From the NCBI GenBank assembly GCA_965140705.1, contig OZ223300.1, positions 1,824,001 to 1,888,000 on the forward strand: a stretch of DNA of 64,000 nt, given 5' to 3'. Below the pieces are notes generated by a model. The model had not been told where the DNA came from. It ran no database searches and was given only the letters and a program-made list of their open reading frames with translations. Positions 43,480 to 53,307 of this stretch are shown in pieces. A program made the position numbers and the translations under genes. Numbering within the stretch: position 1 is the first letter of the stretch; the number at the start of each line of letters is the position of its first letter. The DNA comes from an uncultured Arcobacter sp. Lineage in GTDB: Bacteria; Campylobacterota; Campylobacteria; Campylobacterales; Arcobacteraceae.

Positions 43480-43941
43480 CTAAAGGTCAAAGACCATAGC
43501 CACTTCGTCACAAACTGGGAAATGTTTACATCGTATACAATCAGCCCAGATTTTGTGTTCTGGTATTTGATCTTTTTCTATTATTCTAAAACCACAGCTT
43601 TCAAAAAAACCTGCTTCGTAAGTCAAAGATAGAAGTTGTTCTAGACCGTAAAACTTAGCCTCTTTTATACAGGCATCAACTAATTGTTTTCCTAGTTTTA
43701 AACCTCTAAAATCTTTTGATACTATTAAACTTCGCACTTCTGCTAGTCTTATTGAGTGAATATGAGTTGCTACAAAACCTGCTAGTTTTCCATCAACTTC
43801 AACAACAGTATATGACCGTATTGTATTAGCCATTTCATCTTCTGTTCTAAGTAAGATAGTACCCTTCTCTACTTCACCTTTTACAAGGCTTTGCATAGGA
43901 ATAATATCTTTTGTTGTTGGTTTATAAAATCTAATTTCCAA
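43480..43941 (-). CDS. argA: GNAT N-acetyltransferase, short ArgA-type N-acetylglutamate synthase
   Basis: LAEVRSL, LTYEAGFF and KIWADCIRCKHFPVCDEVA motifs. Confidence 0.8.
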   Translation of the reverse strand: MEIRFYKPTTKDIIPMQSLVKGEVEKGTILLRTEDEMANTIRSYTVVEVDGKLAGFVATHIHSIRLAEVRSLIVSKDFRGLKLGKQLVDACIKEAKFYGLEQLLSLTYEAGFFESCGFRIIEKDQIPEHKIWADCIRCKHFPVCDEVAMVFDL

Positions 43942-44539
43942 ATAAATATCCTGTTATTTTATTTTGGAGGTCACTTATACCTCTTTTTTTGAGATTTGAT
44001 ATAAAAATACCCTCAGGGTACTCTCTTTTTAATTTTGCCAAATCATTTTGTTTTAGCTTATCTGTTTTTGTAAAAGCATGAACGATAAGTTGATCACCTC
44101 TTTTTATTTTTTCTAAAAACTCATCAACGTTTTTGTCTATTTCAAGTTCTGGATGCCTAGCATCAATTAGGTGAATAAACATCTGTAAATTTGGTCTTTG
44201 TTCCAAATAATTTGTCAAATTTTTATTCCACTCTGCTTTTAAACTCTTAGAAACTTTAGCATAACCAAATCCTGGTAAATCTACAAATCTAGCAAATAAA
44301 TCAGGTGGCATACCATTTTCTTCATCTGTTTTAAACTTTATATTAAAATAGTTTATAAGTTGAGTCTTTCCAGGTGTAGAAGATGATTTTGCTAGACCTT
44401 TTCTATTTGTAAGAGTATTTAATAATGAACTCTTACCCACATTACTACGTCCTAAAAATGCTATTTCAGCTACATCTGGACCTGGTGAGTCACTTATACT
44501 TTGTGCTGATTGCATAAATGAAGCATCTACTATTCTCAT
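43931..44539 (-). CDS. engB: Ribosome biogenesis GTPase EngB/YihA
   Basis: GRSNVGKSS, TPGKT, DLPGFG and TKTD motifs. Confidence 0.96.
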   Translation of the reverse strand: MRIVDASFMQSAQSISDSPGPDVAEIAFLGRSNVGKSSLLNTLTNRKGLAKSSSTPGKTQLINYFNIKFKTDEENGMPPDLFARFVDLPGFGYAKVSKSLKAEWNKNLTNYLEQRPNLQMFIHLIDARHPELEIDKNVDEFLEKIKRGDQLIVHAFTKTDKLKQNDLAKLKREYPEGIFISNLKKRGISDLQNKITGYLFGN

Positions 44540-45072
44540 TGTTTTGTCTCAACTTTGTCTGTTTTTTCCACAGTAGGTGCAACTTTGTTATCCTCTTTTT
44601 TCTTTGTGTCACCTAAATCAATTATAAATCTAACTGGCTTATTTTCACTTCCTGTAACTTTTGCTTCACCTGTAATTTGATTAATTACAATCTTATCACC
44701 AAAAAGCCTTTTATCTTCTGTTACTTCTTTTAAAAATCCGTTTCCAGTAATGACATATTTTAATTTCTTAGGTTCATAAACAACTTTATCACCCTTACCT
44801 TCATAAGATTTACCAGCTGTTTTAACTTTAAATTTCACATTACCAGTTGCAATGTATTTTAAAGGTTCTCTTTTAGTATTAGGCTTTTTTTTACTTAAAT
44901 ATACTTCTAATCTATCAGATTCTAACTCATCACTTGATTTTACCATTTTTACATCACCTGTAAAAATAGATAAGCCTTTTTCATCATAGGCTTCAAAATT
45001 TTTTGCATCTATAATTAACTTTTCTGAAAATAAAAAACTAACCAAAAACCCCAATATTAAAAAAAATCTCAT
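44536..45072 (-). CDS. lptA: LPS transport periplasmic protein LptA
   Basis: OstA-like motifs FTGDV, ATGNV and GDKI; lies after kdsC-lptC. Confidence 0.85.
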   Translation of the reverse strand: MRFFLILGFLVSFLFSEKLIIDAKNFEAYDEKGLSIFTGDVKMVKSSDELESDRLEVYLSKKKPNTKREPLKYIATGNVKFKVKTAGKSYEGKGDKVVYEPKKLKYVITGNGFLKEVTEDKRLFGDKIVINQITGEAKVTGSENKPVRFIIDLGDTKKKEDNKVAPTVEKTDKVETKQ

Positions 45073-45599
45073 TTATTACCTTTGTTACTATTTAATAAAA
45101 CTTCAAAGTGTGTATCTTTCGCTTTAAAAATTTGTTTATTTGTATCATAATATAAAGCTTTTCCCTTTATAGTACTATCATTGTATATACCATCAAATGC
45201 TATTGTATTTGTGGCTATTTTTTTAATTCCATCATAAAACATTTCATCTGTATTTAAAAGGATATTATTCTCTCTATTATATTTTACATCATTTAAGAAT
45301 TTATATTGTTCAAGTCTTTTAATAATAATATCAGCTTGAATATAATCTGTTCCATTATCAGTTCTTCTTAATATAATCTTTCCATCATACATAACATCTT
45401 TTGCTTTGTATTTCATTGCTCTTGTTGAGTTTACAATTCTTTCTAAATTGTCTTCATTAAAAGTGTACAAAGTAGAATTTTCAAAGACAATTTGAGGCTT
45501 TTCTTCCCTATTTTTATCTTTTTCTCTAGGTACAATCGCAATTATAGTTGATATAATAGAAAGTACTAATAAAATATATGTAAAATATCTTATCGCCAT
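45069..45599 (-). CDS. lptC: LPS export protein LptC-like
   Basis: N-terminal TM, beta-rich body; positioned between kdsC and lptA. Confidence 0.7.
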   Translation of the reverse strand: MAIRYFTYILLVLSIISTIIAIVPREKDKNREEKPQIVFENSTLYTFNEDNLERIVNSTRAMKYKAKDVMYDGKIILRRTDNGTDYIQADIIIKRLEQYKFLNDVKYNRENNILLNTDEMFYDGIKKIATNTIAFDGIYNDSTIKGKALYYDTNKQIFKAKDTHFEVLLNSNKGNK

Positions 45600-46087
45600 A
45601 AGTTTAAAAATTCCTCTTCTAAACCATCTTCTTTAAAGATGTATTCCATCATTTCCCTAACAGCACCTTCACCACCTCTATTTTTACAAACAACATTAAC
45701 TATCTCTTTTATGTATTTTGAACCATTTTGTGGAGTAAAAGATAGTCCTGCTTTTTTCAGCATCTTATAATCATTTAAATCATCACCAATAGCAGCTACT
45801 TCACTCCAAGAAATGTTCTCTTTTTTTAAGATTTCTTCCAAAACTTCATCTTTATTGTGTACACCTTGGTGAAGATGTTCTATATTCAAATCTTTTGCTC
45901 TTTTTTCTACTAAAGAAGATTTTCTTCCAGTTATAATAGCTGCTTTTTTACCAAATTTTTTTGTCCAAGCAGCAATTGCTAAACCATCAGCCACATCAAA
46001 AGATTTTATTTCATCACCAGTATTTGTATAAATAATTTTTCCATCAGTTAATGTTCCATCAACATCAAGAACAATTAACTTAATCAT
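45590..46087 (-). CDS. kdsC: KDO 8-phosphate phosphatase
   Basis: LDVDGTLTDG, IGDDLND and GGEGAVRE motifs. Confidence 0.95.
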   Translation of the reverse strand: MIKLIVLDVDGTLTDGKIIYTNTGDEIKSFDVADGLAIAAWTKKFGKKAAIITGRKSSLVEKRAKDLNIEHLHQGVHNKDEVLEEILKKENISWSEVAAIGDDLNDYKMLKKAGLSFTPQNGSKYIKEIVNVVCKNRGGEGAVREMMEYIFKEDGLEEEFLNLWR

Positions 46088-46656
46088 AAAATCCCTTTAG
46101 TACTTGGGATTCCCAATCTTTCATTTTTGGCTAAAGCTCTTCTTAAAGCTACAGCAAAGGCTTTAAATGATGCTTCTAATATATGATGCTTATTTCTTCC
46201 TCTTTCATTTATAATATGAGTAGTTAACCCTGCATTCATAACAAGTGCATGGAAAAATTCCTCAGCAAGTTCAACATCAAACTCCCCTACTTTTCCACTA
46301 ATATTCACTTCATATACTAAATATGGTCTATTTGATAAATCTAAAGCACAAGTAGTAGAAGCTTCATCCATAACTACAGTTGCATTACCATATCTTTCAA
46401 CTGCTTTAATTGGGAAAATTTCATCTTTTAATGCTTTTCCTAATACTATTCCACAATCTTCAACAGTATGGTGTGCATCAATATGTAAATCACCTTTACA
46501 TGTTAATTCTATATCTATTCCACTATGTTTTGAAAGAGCCTCTAACATATGGTCAAAAAATCCAACACCTGTATTTATAGTTGATTTACCACATCCATTA
46601 ATATCAATCTTACAATATATATCTGTCTCTTTTGTTTTTCTATTAAATTCAGCCAT
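46084..46656 (-). CDS. hisB: Imidazoleglycerol-phosphate dehydratase (monofunctional)
   Basis: FFDHML, DLHIDAHHTVED, NKHHILEASFK and PSTKG motifs. Confidence 0.97.
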   Translation of the reverse strand: MAEFNRKTKETDIYCKIDINGCGKSTINTGVGFFDHMLEALSKHSGIDIELTCKGDLHIDAHHTVEDCGIVLGKALKDEIFPIKAVERYGNATVVMDEASTTCALDLSNRPYLVYEVNISGKVGEFDVELAEEFFHALVMNAGLTTHIINERGRNKHHILEASFKAFAVALRRALAKNERLGIPSTKGIL

Positions 46657-46667
46657 ATTATTTCCTA

Positions 46668-47483
46668 TTACTCTGCAATTATCATTGTTCCAGGTAGAGA
46701 GTGTTTCTCTTTGAAATCTTTTACTTCTTCTTCTGACCTAAAGCCACTAATCCAAACTCTATTAATCTCTTTGTTATTGAAAATACCTTTTTTAATTATA
46801 ACATCATATTCATCATCTAACATCAATTTAAATTTATGTTGGGTTATTTTAGCTCCTGAATATTTACTAAAAGCTCCGACTTGTAAGTAATATTTACCTA
46901 CACTTGCAACTTCTTCTTTTTCTGCTTTAGTTTTAGCAATCTTACCATGAAATCCAATAACAGTAATTTTAACTTTTGCAGTCCCTTTAGCAACCATATC
47001 TATATCACGTGCAGCTTTATTTGATAAGTCTATTATTCTTGTACCTACAAAAGGTCCTCTATCATTTACTCTTACAATAGTTGATTTTCCATTTTCTAGG
47101 TTTTCAACTTTTAACATTGTATTCATAGGTAAAGTTTTATGTGCAGCTGTTGCCTTATACATATTATAAATTTCACCATTTGAAGTAGGTTTTGCATGAA
47201 AATTTGGTCCATACCATGAAGAAATACCAGTTTGAGTATCTCCAATTTTTGCAACAGTTGGATAATACCATTTACCAAATACTTGATAAGGTCTCATAGT
47301 AGCTCTATGCATAGCTTCTGAATTTTTCATTTTTTGCTCAGGAACTTTTATACTACTTCTATCTTTTTTAAATATATTAAAATTACTATAATTATAAGAA
47401 GAAGATGAAAAACAACCAGTAAAAAGAATCGTAATTAAAAATGTAATAAATAGTTTAAGTAAATTATCTATACGTAATAACAA
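46668..47483 (-). CDS. rlpA: Septal ring lytic transglycosylase RlpA (with SPOR domain)
   Basis: Lipobox FTGC, SWYGPNFH, TAAHKTLP, RVNDRGPF and YLQVGAF. Confidence 0.95.
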   Translation of the reverse strand: MLLRIDNLLKLFITFLITILFTGCFSSSSYNYSNFNIFKKDRSSIKVPEQKMKNSEAMHRATMRPYQVFGKWYYPTVAKIGDTQTGISSWYGPNFHAKPTSNGEIYNMYKATAAHKTLPMNTMLKVENLENGKSTIVRVNDRGPFVGTRIIDLSNKAARDIDMVAKGTAKVKITVIGFHGKIAKTKAEKEEVASVGKYYLQVGAFSKYSGAKITQHKFKLMLDDEYDVIIKKGIFNNKEINRVWISGFRSEEEVKDFKEKHSLPGTMIIAE

Positions 47484-48840
47484 GCTTATCTCCTCTTTTT
47501 ATAAAACTATTTTTCAAGTTATTATCAGCCATCAATTTACTTAGTTCTACTCTAAACATTTTTGCTATTGATAATAAAGTATCTCCATTTTTAACATAAT
47601 AATCTTTTGTTTTTAATTCTGTTCCTTCTACAAAAGGAATAACTAATTTTTGTTTTAATGCTAATCTATTACTTTTTAGTTTATTAAAACTCTTAATAAC
47701 TTTATAAGAAATTCCATACTTTCTACCAATATCATAAAGATTATCCCCTTTTTTTACAATATGAATTTGATATTTAGTAGGTTCAATATTCATTTTATTT
47801 TGATTAAATATTGATAGTCTACTATATGGAATATATATTTGATAATCTTTTTTATAAGTAGGAATAATATTTCTAATAAGTTGTTTATTTAACATCTTTA
47901 AATCTCTATAATCCATTCCAATGGCTTTTGCAATATTTTTTAAATGCAATCCACCTTTTACTCTAACAGTTGCAATTGGTGAGGTTACTCCAATATTTCT
48001 TATATGAGAATGGTCATTTTCAGTTACAAAACTTTGATTATTCATCATAGCAAGAGAGATTATTTTTCTTATATAGTTTCTACTCTCTTCAGGTAAATAC
48101 TGTCTTCTAACATCTTTTTGTTCCATTAATAATTCATAAATATCTGGTTTTACATCCCAAGTTAAGACTTCTTTATAGATTTTATTTAATTCGCCAAATC
48201 TAACTCTTTTTTGTTGATATAAAGTAATAGTATGTCTATATTTCTTTATCTCTTTTGATTTATCATTTTTTTTACCATTTTCATCTTCATATAAATCAAG
48301 CGTTGCTCTTGTAATTGCTTCAATAACTCTTCCCTGTCCACAATTATAAGCAACAGCTGCTAGATACCATTTACCAAATTCATTATGTAGATATTTTAAA
48401 TATTTAGCAGCTGCATATGTAGATTTAACGATATCCATTCGCTCATCAACATAAATATCATTTTTAAGTCCAAGATTTCTACCAGTTGCTGGCATAAACT
48501 GCCACATACCTGTAGCTCTAGCTCTTGATTTAGCATCTAAAGTAAAGCTTGATTCTGCCATTGCAAGATATAAAAAAGTCTCAGGTAAGCCCTCTTCTCT
48601 AAGTATCTCTTTTACTTTTGGAACAAATAATGAAGCTCTATTAAATCTTTTTACATATTTATCTTGAATATTTTGTAAATATCTATTATATGTTTTTTGT
48701 AGCTTATAATCAGTAATGTAAGCGGGGTCAATGTCTAGTTCTTTTAAAATCTGTAAATCCCGCTGTGAGAAGTTACTTCCTATTAACGATGCATTTGCAC
48801 TCAAAAAAAGAGTTATGGTTATCAGAAAAATTTTAAGCAA
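47464..48840 (-). CDS. mltD: MltD-like lytic transglycosylase with LysM domains
   Basis: AMAESS, GMWQFM, AYNCG and two LysM repeats (VKKGDNL, VKNGDTL). Confidence 0.92.
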   Translation of the reverse strand: MLKIFLITITLFLSANASLIGSNFSQRDLQILKELDIDPAYITDYKLQKTYNRYLQNIQDKYVKRFNRASLFVPKVKEILREEGLPETFLYLAMAESSFTLDAKSRARATGMWQFMPATGRNLGLKNDIYVDERMDIVKSTYAAAKYLKYLHNEFGKWYLAAVAYNCGQGRVIEAITRATLDLYEDENGKKNDKSKEIKKYRHTITLYQQKRVRFGELNKIYKEVLTWDVKPDIYELLMEQKDVRRQYLPEESRNYIRKIISLAMMNNQSFVTENDHSHIRNIGVTSPIATVRVKGGLHLKNIAKAIGMDYRDLKMLNKQLIRNIIPTYKKDYQIYIPYSRLSIFNQNKMNIEPTKYQIHIVKKGDNLYDIGRKYGISYKVIKSFNKLKSNRLALKQKLVIPFVEGTELKTKDYYVKNGDTLLSIAKMFRVELSKLMADNNLKNSFIKRGDKLVITYR

Positions 48841-48877
48841 TTATCAATCCTATTTATGTAAATAGTTGAGATTTTAT

Positions 48878-49666
48878 CTAAATTATGCTAGAAAACTCTT
48901 TAAATAGTTTTTTTGCGTTATTTGTAGTCAAATTTTGAACTTCTTCATCGCTAATATTTAAGAGTTCTGCTATCTTTTCAGATACAAATTTTGTATAAAA
49001 AGGCTCATTTCTTTTTCCCCTATGAGGATGAGGAGTCAAATATGGAGCATCTGTTTCTATTAGTAGTTTTTCTAAAGGAATTTTTGGTAAAACTTCAACT
49101 AATTTTTTTGCATTTTTAAAAGTTAAAACTCCACCTATTCCAAAATAAAAACCATGTTCACTTAAACTTAATAAATGTTCACTTGCATTATAACAATGTA
49201 AAACTCCACCAACTTCTCGTGCACCATATTTTTCTAAAATAGTTTTAGAATCATCAGAGGCTTCCCTAACATGTACAATAAGAGGTTTTTTTACTTTTTT
49301 AGCAAATTCTATTTGAGAAATAAATACTTCTTTTTGTAGTTGCTTTTCTTGTAATTTCTCATCTTCATCTTCAGGCAATCTATAGTAATCCAATCCACAC
49401 TCACCAACAGCAATACATTTTGGATGATTTATATACTCTTTCATTATATTTTCATCATATGAAGGAGCATCATAAGGGTGAATTCCAACTGCAAAATAGA
49501 CTTCTTTATATTTTTCAGCTAATTTTATTGATTGAGGTAAATCTTTAAAATCAGCACCAGGAATTAAAAATCCCTTTATCCCATTTTCTAATGCAGTTTC
49601 TATTACGGTATCTATATCTTCGTAGTATTGTTCGTTATCTAAATGACAATGTGTATCTATAATTAT
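48878..49666 (-). CDS. tatD: TatD-family DNase (extended to a non-canonical start)
   Basis: The frame stays open upstream of the track start (49444) to 49666 and encodes (I)IIDTHCHLD...VGIHPY; downstream VGECGLDY and IETDAPYL motifs. Confidence 0.9.
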   Translation of the reverse strand: MIIDTHCHLDNEQYYEDIDTVIETALENGIKGFLIPGADFKDLPQSIKLAEKYKEVYFAVGIHPYDAPSYDENIMKEYINHPKCIAVGECGLDYYRLPEDEDEKLQEKQLQKEVFISQIEFAKKVKKPLIVHVREASDDSKTILEKYGAREVGGVLHCYNASEHLLSLSEHGFYFGIGGVLTFKNAKKLVEVLPKIPLEKLLIETDAPYLTPHPHRGKRNEPFYTKFVSEKIAELLNISDEEVQNLTTNNAKKLFKEFSSII

Positions 49667-49965
49667 GACAAAAACCTTTTATTTAGAACTGCAATTAGTT
49701 CATTTATTTTAGACAAATCTTCATGTTTTATCCAAGCGTCAATACCAAAGTTTTTAAATGCATCATAATCATCTTGATCATCAAGAATAGCAATAGAAAC
49801 ATATTTAGCTTTACAAGAGGCTGCTTTATTTTCTTCAAAATCAAATATTGAATTAATATCTATAATTGCAATATCTGCTTCACCTGATGTTTCTTCATAA
49901 CTCTCTACTGTAAAACTAGAGTCCAATAGTTTCTCATCAATATTGCAAAATGTTACTATTTTCAT
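49663..49965 (-). CDS. Hypothetical protein, possibly a degenerate receiver-like domain
   Basis: AAGGCGG RBS; ADIAIIDI and FGIDAWIK resemble CheY-fold beta3 and beta5. Confidence 0.55.
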   Translation of the reverse strand: MKIVTFCNIDEKLLDSSFTVESYEETSGEADIAIIDINSIFDFEENKAASCKAKYVSIAILDDQDDYDAFKNFGIDAWIKHEDLSKINELIAVLNKRFLS

Positions 49966-50021
49966 GGTTCCGCCTTTTAAAATTACTTATTTAACTTATT
50001 TTAGCCAAAAAAAAATAAAAA

Positions 50022-51350
50022 CTACAATATATATCTTGCAGTATCTTCATCTTTAACTATATCCGATAATTTCTCTTCTACTAATTTTTTAGTAATGACA
50101 ATAGTTTCTCCGCTTTTTTCATCTGCATTAAAACTTATATCTTCTAAAACTTTCTCAATAACAGTATGTAATCTTCTAGCTCCAATATCTTCAGCTTTTT
50201 GATTTGCTTCAACTGAAAGATGAGCAAATGAATGAATAGCTTCATCATCAAACTCTAAAGTTACACCTTCAACATTTAACAAAGCTTGGTATTGTTTCAA
50301 TAATGAATTTTTTGTATTAGTTAATATTTTATATAAAGCCTCTTCATCTAAGGCATTTAATTCAACTCTTAAAGGAAATCTTCCTTGTAATTCAGGTAAT
50401 AAATCACTTGGTTTACTAACATGAAATGCCCCAGCTGCTATAAATAAAATATGATCAGTTTTTACTTGTCCATACTTTGTTTGAACACTACTTCCTTCAA
50501 CGATAGGAAGTAAATCTCTTTGTACACCCTCTTTACTTGGGTCTTGATTTTGATTATTTTTACCAGAAGCTATTTTATCTATTTCATCAATAAAAATTAT
50601 TCCACCATTTTCAACTCTTCTAAGTGCTTCATGTTTTATTGATTCATGATCAATTAACTTTTCACTTGCTCCACTTCTTAAAAGTTTTCTAGCATCTTTT
50701 ATTTTTACTTCTTTTTTTATCTTATCTTTATTTAAAGAACCTAACATATTACTTAAACTCTCTTGCATAGATGTCATATCAAGAGGCAAAGAAGAATCAA
50801 TTACTTCTACATGGGCTTTTTTAGGAAGTTCTATCTCGATTATTTTATCTTCAAGTTCACCTTTTAATAACTTCTCTTCCATTTTATTAAATGTTTTGAT
50901 AAAAGACTCTTTTGAACTTTCACTTGCACCCTCAGGTAAAGGTGGAACAAGTTTTTCTATTATTTGTTTATTTACTTCTTGGTCAATACCATCTTGTATT
51001 TTTTCTTCATACTCTTTTGTTACTAAATCCATTGAAGCAAAAACTAAATCTCTAATCATAGATTCAACATCTCGACCTACAAAACCTACTTCTGTATATT
51101 TACTAGCTTCAACTTTCACAAAAGGAAGACTCATCATTTTTGCTAATCTTCTTGCAATCTCTGTTTTACCAACACCAGTGCTTCCTATCATAAGGATATT
51201 TTTTGGCATGATTTCTTCTTGAATTTCTGGTTCTAATTGCATTCTTCTATATCTATTTCGAAGTGCCAACGCTATTGTTTTTTTAGCATCATTTTGACCA
51301 ATTACATAATCATCTAAAAATTTTACAATCTCTTTAGGAGTCATATTCAT
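50022..51350 (-). CDS. hslU: HslUV protease ATPase subunit
   Basis: GSTGVGKTE, EGVQRDLLP and IGARRL motifs. Confidence 0.98.
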   Translation of the reverse strand: MNMTPKEIVKFLDDYVIGQNDAKKTIALALRNRYRRMQLEPEIQEEIMPKNILMIGSTGVGKTEIARRLAKMMSLPFVKVEASKYTEVGFVGRDVESMIRDLVFASMDLVTKEYEEKIQDGIDQEVNKQIIEKLVPPLPEGASESSKESFIKTFNKMEEKLLKGELEDKIIEIELPKKAHVEVIDSSLPLDMTSMQESLSNMLGSLNKDKIKKEVKIKDARKLLRSGASEKLIDHESIKHEALRRVENGGIIFIDEIDKIASGKNNQNQDPSKEGVQRDLLPIVEGSSVQTKYGQVKTDHILFIAAGAFHVSKPSDLLPELQGRFPLRVELNALDEEALYKILTNTKNSLLKQYQALLNVEGVTLEFDDEAIHSFAHLSVEANQKAEDIGARRLHTVIEKVLEDISFNADEKSGETIVITKKLVEEKLSDIVKDEDTARYIL

Positions 51351-51355
51351 TTAAA

Positions 51356-51892
51356 TTAATCCTCTATTTTTAATAATTTTATATTTTGGTTTGTATAAAT
51401 ACAAAGTTCACCTGCAATCATTAGTGATTCTTTCACTAAATCTTCAGGATCTAAATTTGAATGCTTTTGTAAAGCTCGTGCAGCAGAAATAGCAAAATTA
51501 CCACCACTACCAATAGAGGCTATCATTCCATCTTCTGGTTCAACAACATCACCAGTTCCAGATAATATAAATATATGTTCTTTATTTAAAACTATCATCA
51601 TAGCTTCAAGCCGTCTTAAAACTTTATCTTTTCTCCACTCTTTTGAAAAAGCAATTACTGCTTTTAATAAATCACCTTTAGTATTTTCTAAATGTGTTTC
51701 AAACATGTCAAAAAGATTAAAGGCATCTGCAGTACTTCCAGCAAAACCAGCTAAGATTTTATCCTTATAAAGTGTTCTAATTTTTGTGGCATTACCTTTT
51801 AAAACCGTATTTCCAAAGGTAACTTGACCATCTCCACCAATAACTGCTTTATCTTTTGCCTTATAGGCTAATATCGTAGTAGCATCAAACAT
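51356..51892 (-). CDS. hslV: HslUV protease peptidase subunit
   Basis: [17 protein letters not shown] and IGSGG motifs. Confidence 0.98.
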   Translation of the reverse strand: MFDATTILAYKAKDKAVIGGDGQVTFGNTVLKGNATKIRTLYKDKILAGFAGSTADAFNLFDMFETHLENTKGDLLKAVIAFSKEWRKDKVLRRLEAMMIVLNKEHIFILSGTGDVVEPEDGMIASIGSGGNFAISAARALQKHSNLDPEDLVKESLMIAGELCIYTNQNIKLLKIED

Positions 51893-51895
51893 TGT

Positions 51896-52342
51896 TTACT
51901 CTGCAATTACATCAAATTTAACTGTTCCATGTATCCCATGACCTAGTTTACAATCTGCTTCAAAGATACCTTCTGTTTTTACTTTTGAGTTTAATGTTAT
52001 ATTTTTTTTATCTAAATCAATATTTGCTTGTTCTTTTAATATTTCAGCAACCTCTTTATTTGTAACAGAACCAATTAAATGTCCATTGGCTCCAATTTTA
52101 TGTTTAATAATAAATTTTTGAGAATCAAGTATTTTTGCAGTCTCTTTTGCAGTTTCTATTTCTTCCGCTTCTTTTTGGGCATCTCTTCTCATTTGAGCTT
52201 TGTGTTTATTTAAAACTTCATTTGTCGCAAGTAGTGCTAAACCTTTTCCAATTAAAAAATTTTTTCCATATCCATCAGAAACTTCTTTTACTTCACCAGC
52301 TTTACCAGTACCTTTTACATCTTTTATTAATAATACTTTCAT
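51896..52342 (-). CDS. rplI: 50S ribosomal protein L9
   Basis: [26 protein letters not shown] motif. Confidence 0.98.
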   Translation of the reverse strand: MKVLLIKDVKGTGKAGEVKEVSDGYGKNFLIGKGLALLATNEVLNKHKAQMRRDAQKEAEEIETAKETAKILDSQKFIIKHKIGANGHLIGSVTNKEVAEILKEQANIDLDKKNITLNSKVKTEGIFEADCKLGHGIHGTVKFDVIAE

Positions 52343-52428
52343 AATACATTCTCCATATTTTAAATAGGCAATATGATACTATAATATATTTAAAGTCAAT
52401 ATAAAGTATTTATTCACAAAAGATAAGT

Positions 52429-53070
52429 TTAACTTGCAATATCTTCTAATAAGGTACTATTTTCTCTGATATTTCTTTTTTTGACATAATTATTTAAACC
52501 AATATGATTGTTATATCCTAAAAGTTTTGCAATTTTTCTAACTGATAATCCTACACTTAATAACTCTTCTATTTTATCTCTTTGCTTATCAAATTTTGAT
52601 TTTTGAATAGTTCCTTTTGGTTTACCTAAACTTTCGCCATTTAATTTTTTTGCACTTAGAGCTTCTTTTGTTCTTAAACTCATCAAATCTTTTTCTAAAG
52701 ATATTGTCATAGATATCATTCCCAAAACCATTTTTGTAAGCATATCTTCATTACTAATTAATTCAAGATTTTGTTTTATTACCAAAATTCTTACTTTATT
52801 TTCCAATAAAAATTTTACAATTTCTAAAATTGTTTCAATAGTTCTTCCAAAAACATTTAAATCATACACTATCAAAGTAGAGTTCATTTTACATGATTTT
52901 AATAGTTCCAAAATATTTTTTTCTTCAGATGGAGTGTTAATTTCCACTTCAATATTATGAAAAATTTCTATATTATGTTTTTTAACATAATTAATAATTC
53001 CATCTTCTTGCTCTTTAGTATAGTTTCTATTATTTTTATTTATTCTCAAATAAGTGAAATTTTTAGACAT
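52429..53070 (-). CDS. Serine recombinase (resolvase/invertase) family protein, catalytic Ser absent
   Basis: Resolvase-fold features (TYLRI, LIVYDLNVFGR, EKDLMSLRTKEAL, LGKPKG) and a C-terminal HTH. Confidence 0.85.
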   Translation of the reverse strand: MSKNFTYLRINKNNRNYTKEQEDGIINYVKKHNIEIFHNIEVEINTPSEEKNILELLKSCKMNSTLIVYDLNVFGRTIETILEIVKFLLENKVRILVIKQNLELISNEDMLTKMVLGMISMTISLEKDLMSLRTKEALSAKKLNGESLGKPKGTIQKSKFDKQRDKIEELLSVGLSVRKIAKLLGYNNHIGLNNYVKKRNIRENSTLLEDIAS

Positions 53071-53307
53071 AATTATCCTTTAAACATTTAGTATAACTTA
53101 AATAAATATAATTATACAAAATGAATGCTTTATATTAATTTATAGTAATACAAAATGTTAGCATTCCATTTATTAATATTAGCTTAAATTTAAGCATTTA
53201 ATAAGGTTTTATCCTTTTAAATTCTAAAACATAATAGCTAACTATTTGAAAATAAAGATTTTTTAAGCTAATATCACTAATTTATCTAAAGAATATAAGG
53301 ATCTAAA

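Noticed and set aside
46084..46656. hisB located inside an envelope-biogenesis operon
   Set aside because: Scattered his genes are common in this phylum, so it was not treated as novel.
48878..49444. tatD as a truncated 188-aa gene or frameshifted pseudogene
   Set aside because: The frame continues without stops to the conserved DTHCH motif; only the start codon is atypical.
52429..53070. Recombinase as a marker of a transposon or invertible segment
   Set aside because: No transposase, cargo or long flanking inverted repeats were seen, the catalytic Ser is absent, and the neighbours are core genes.
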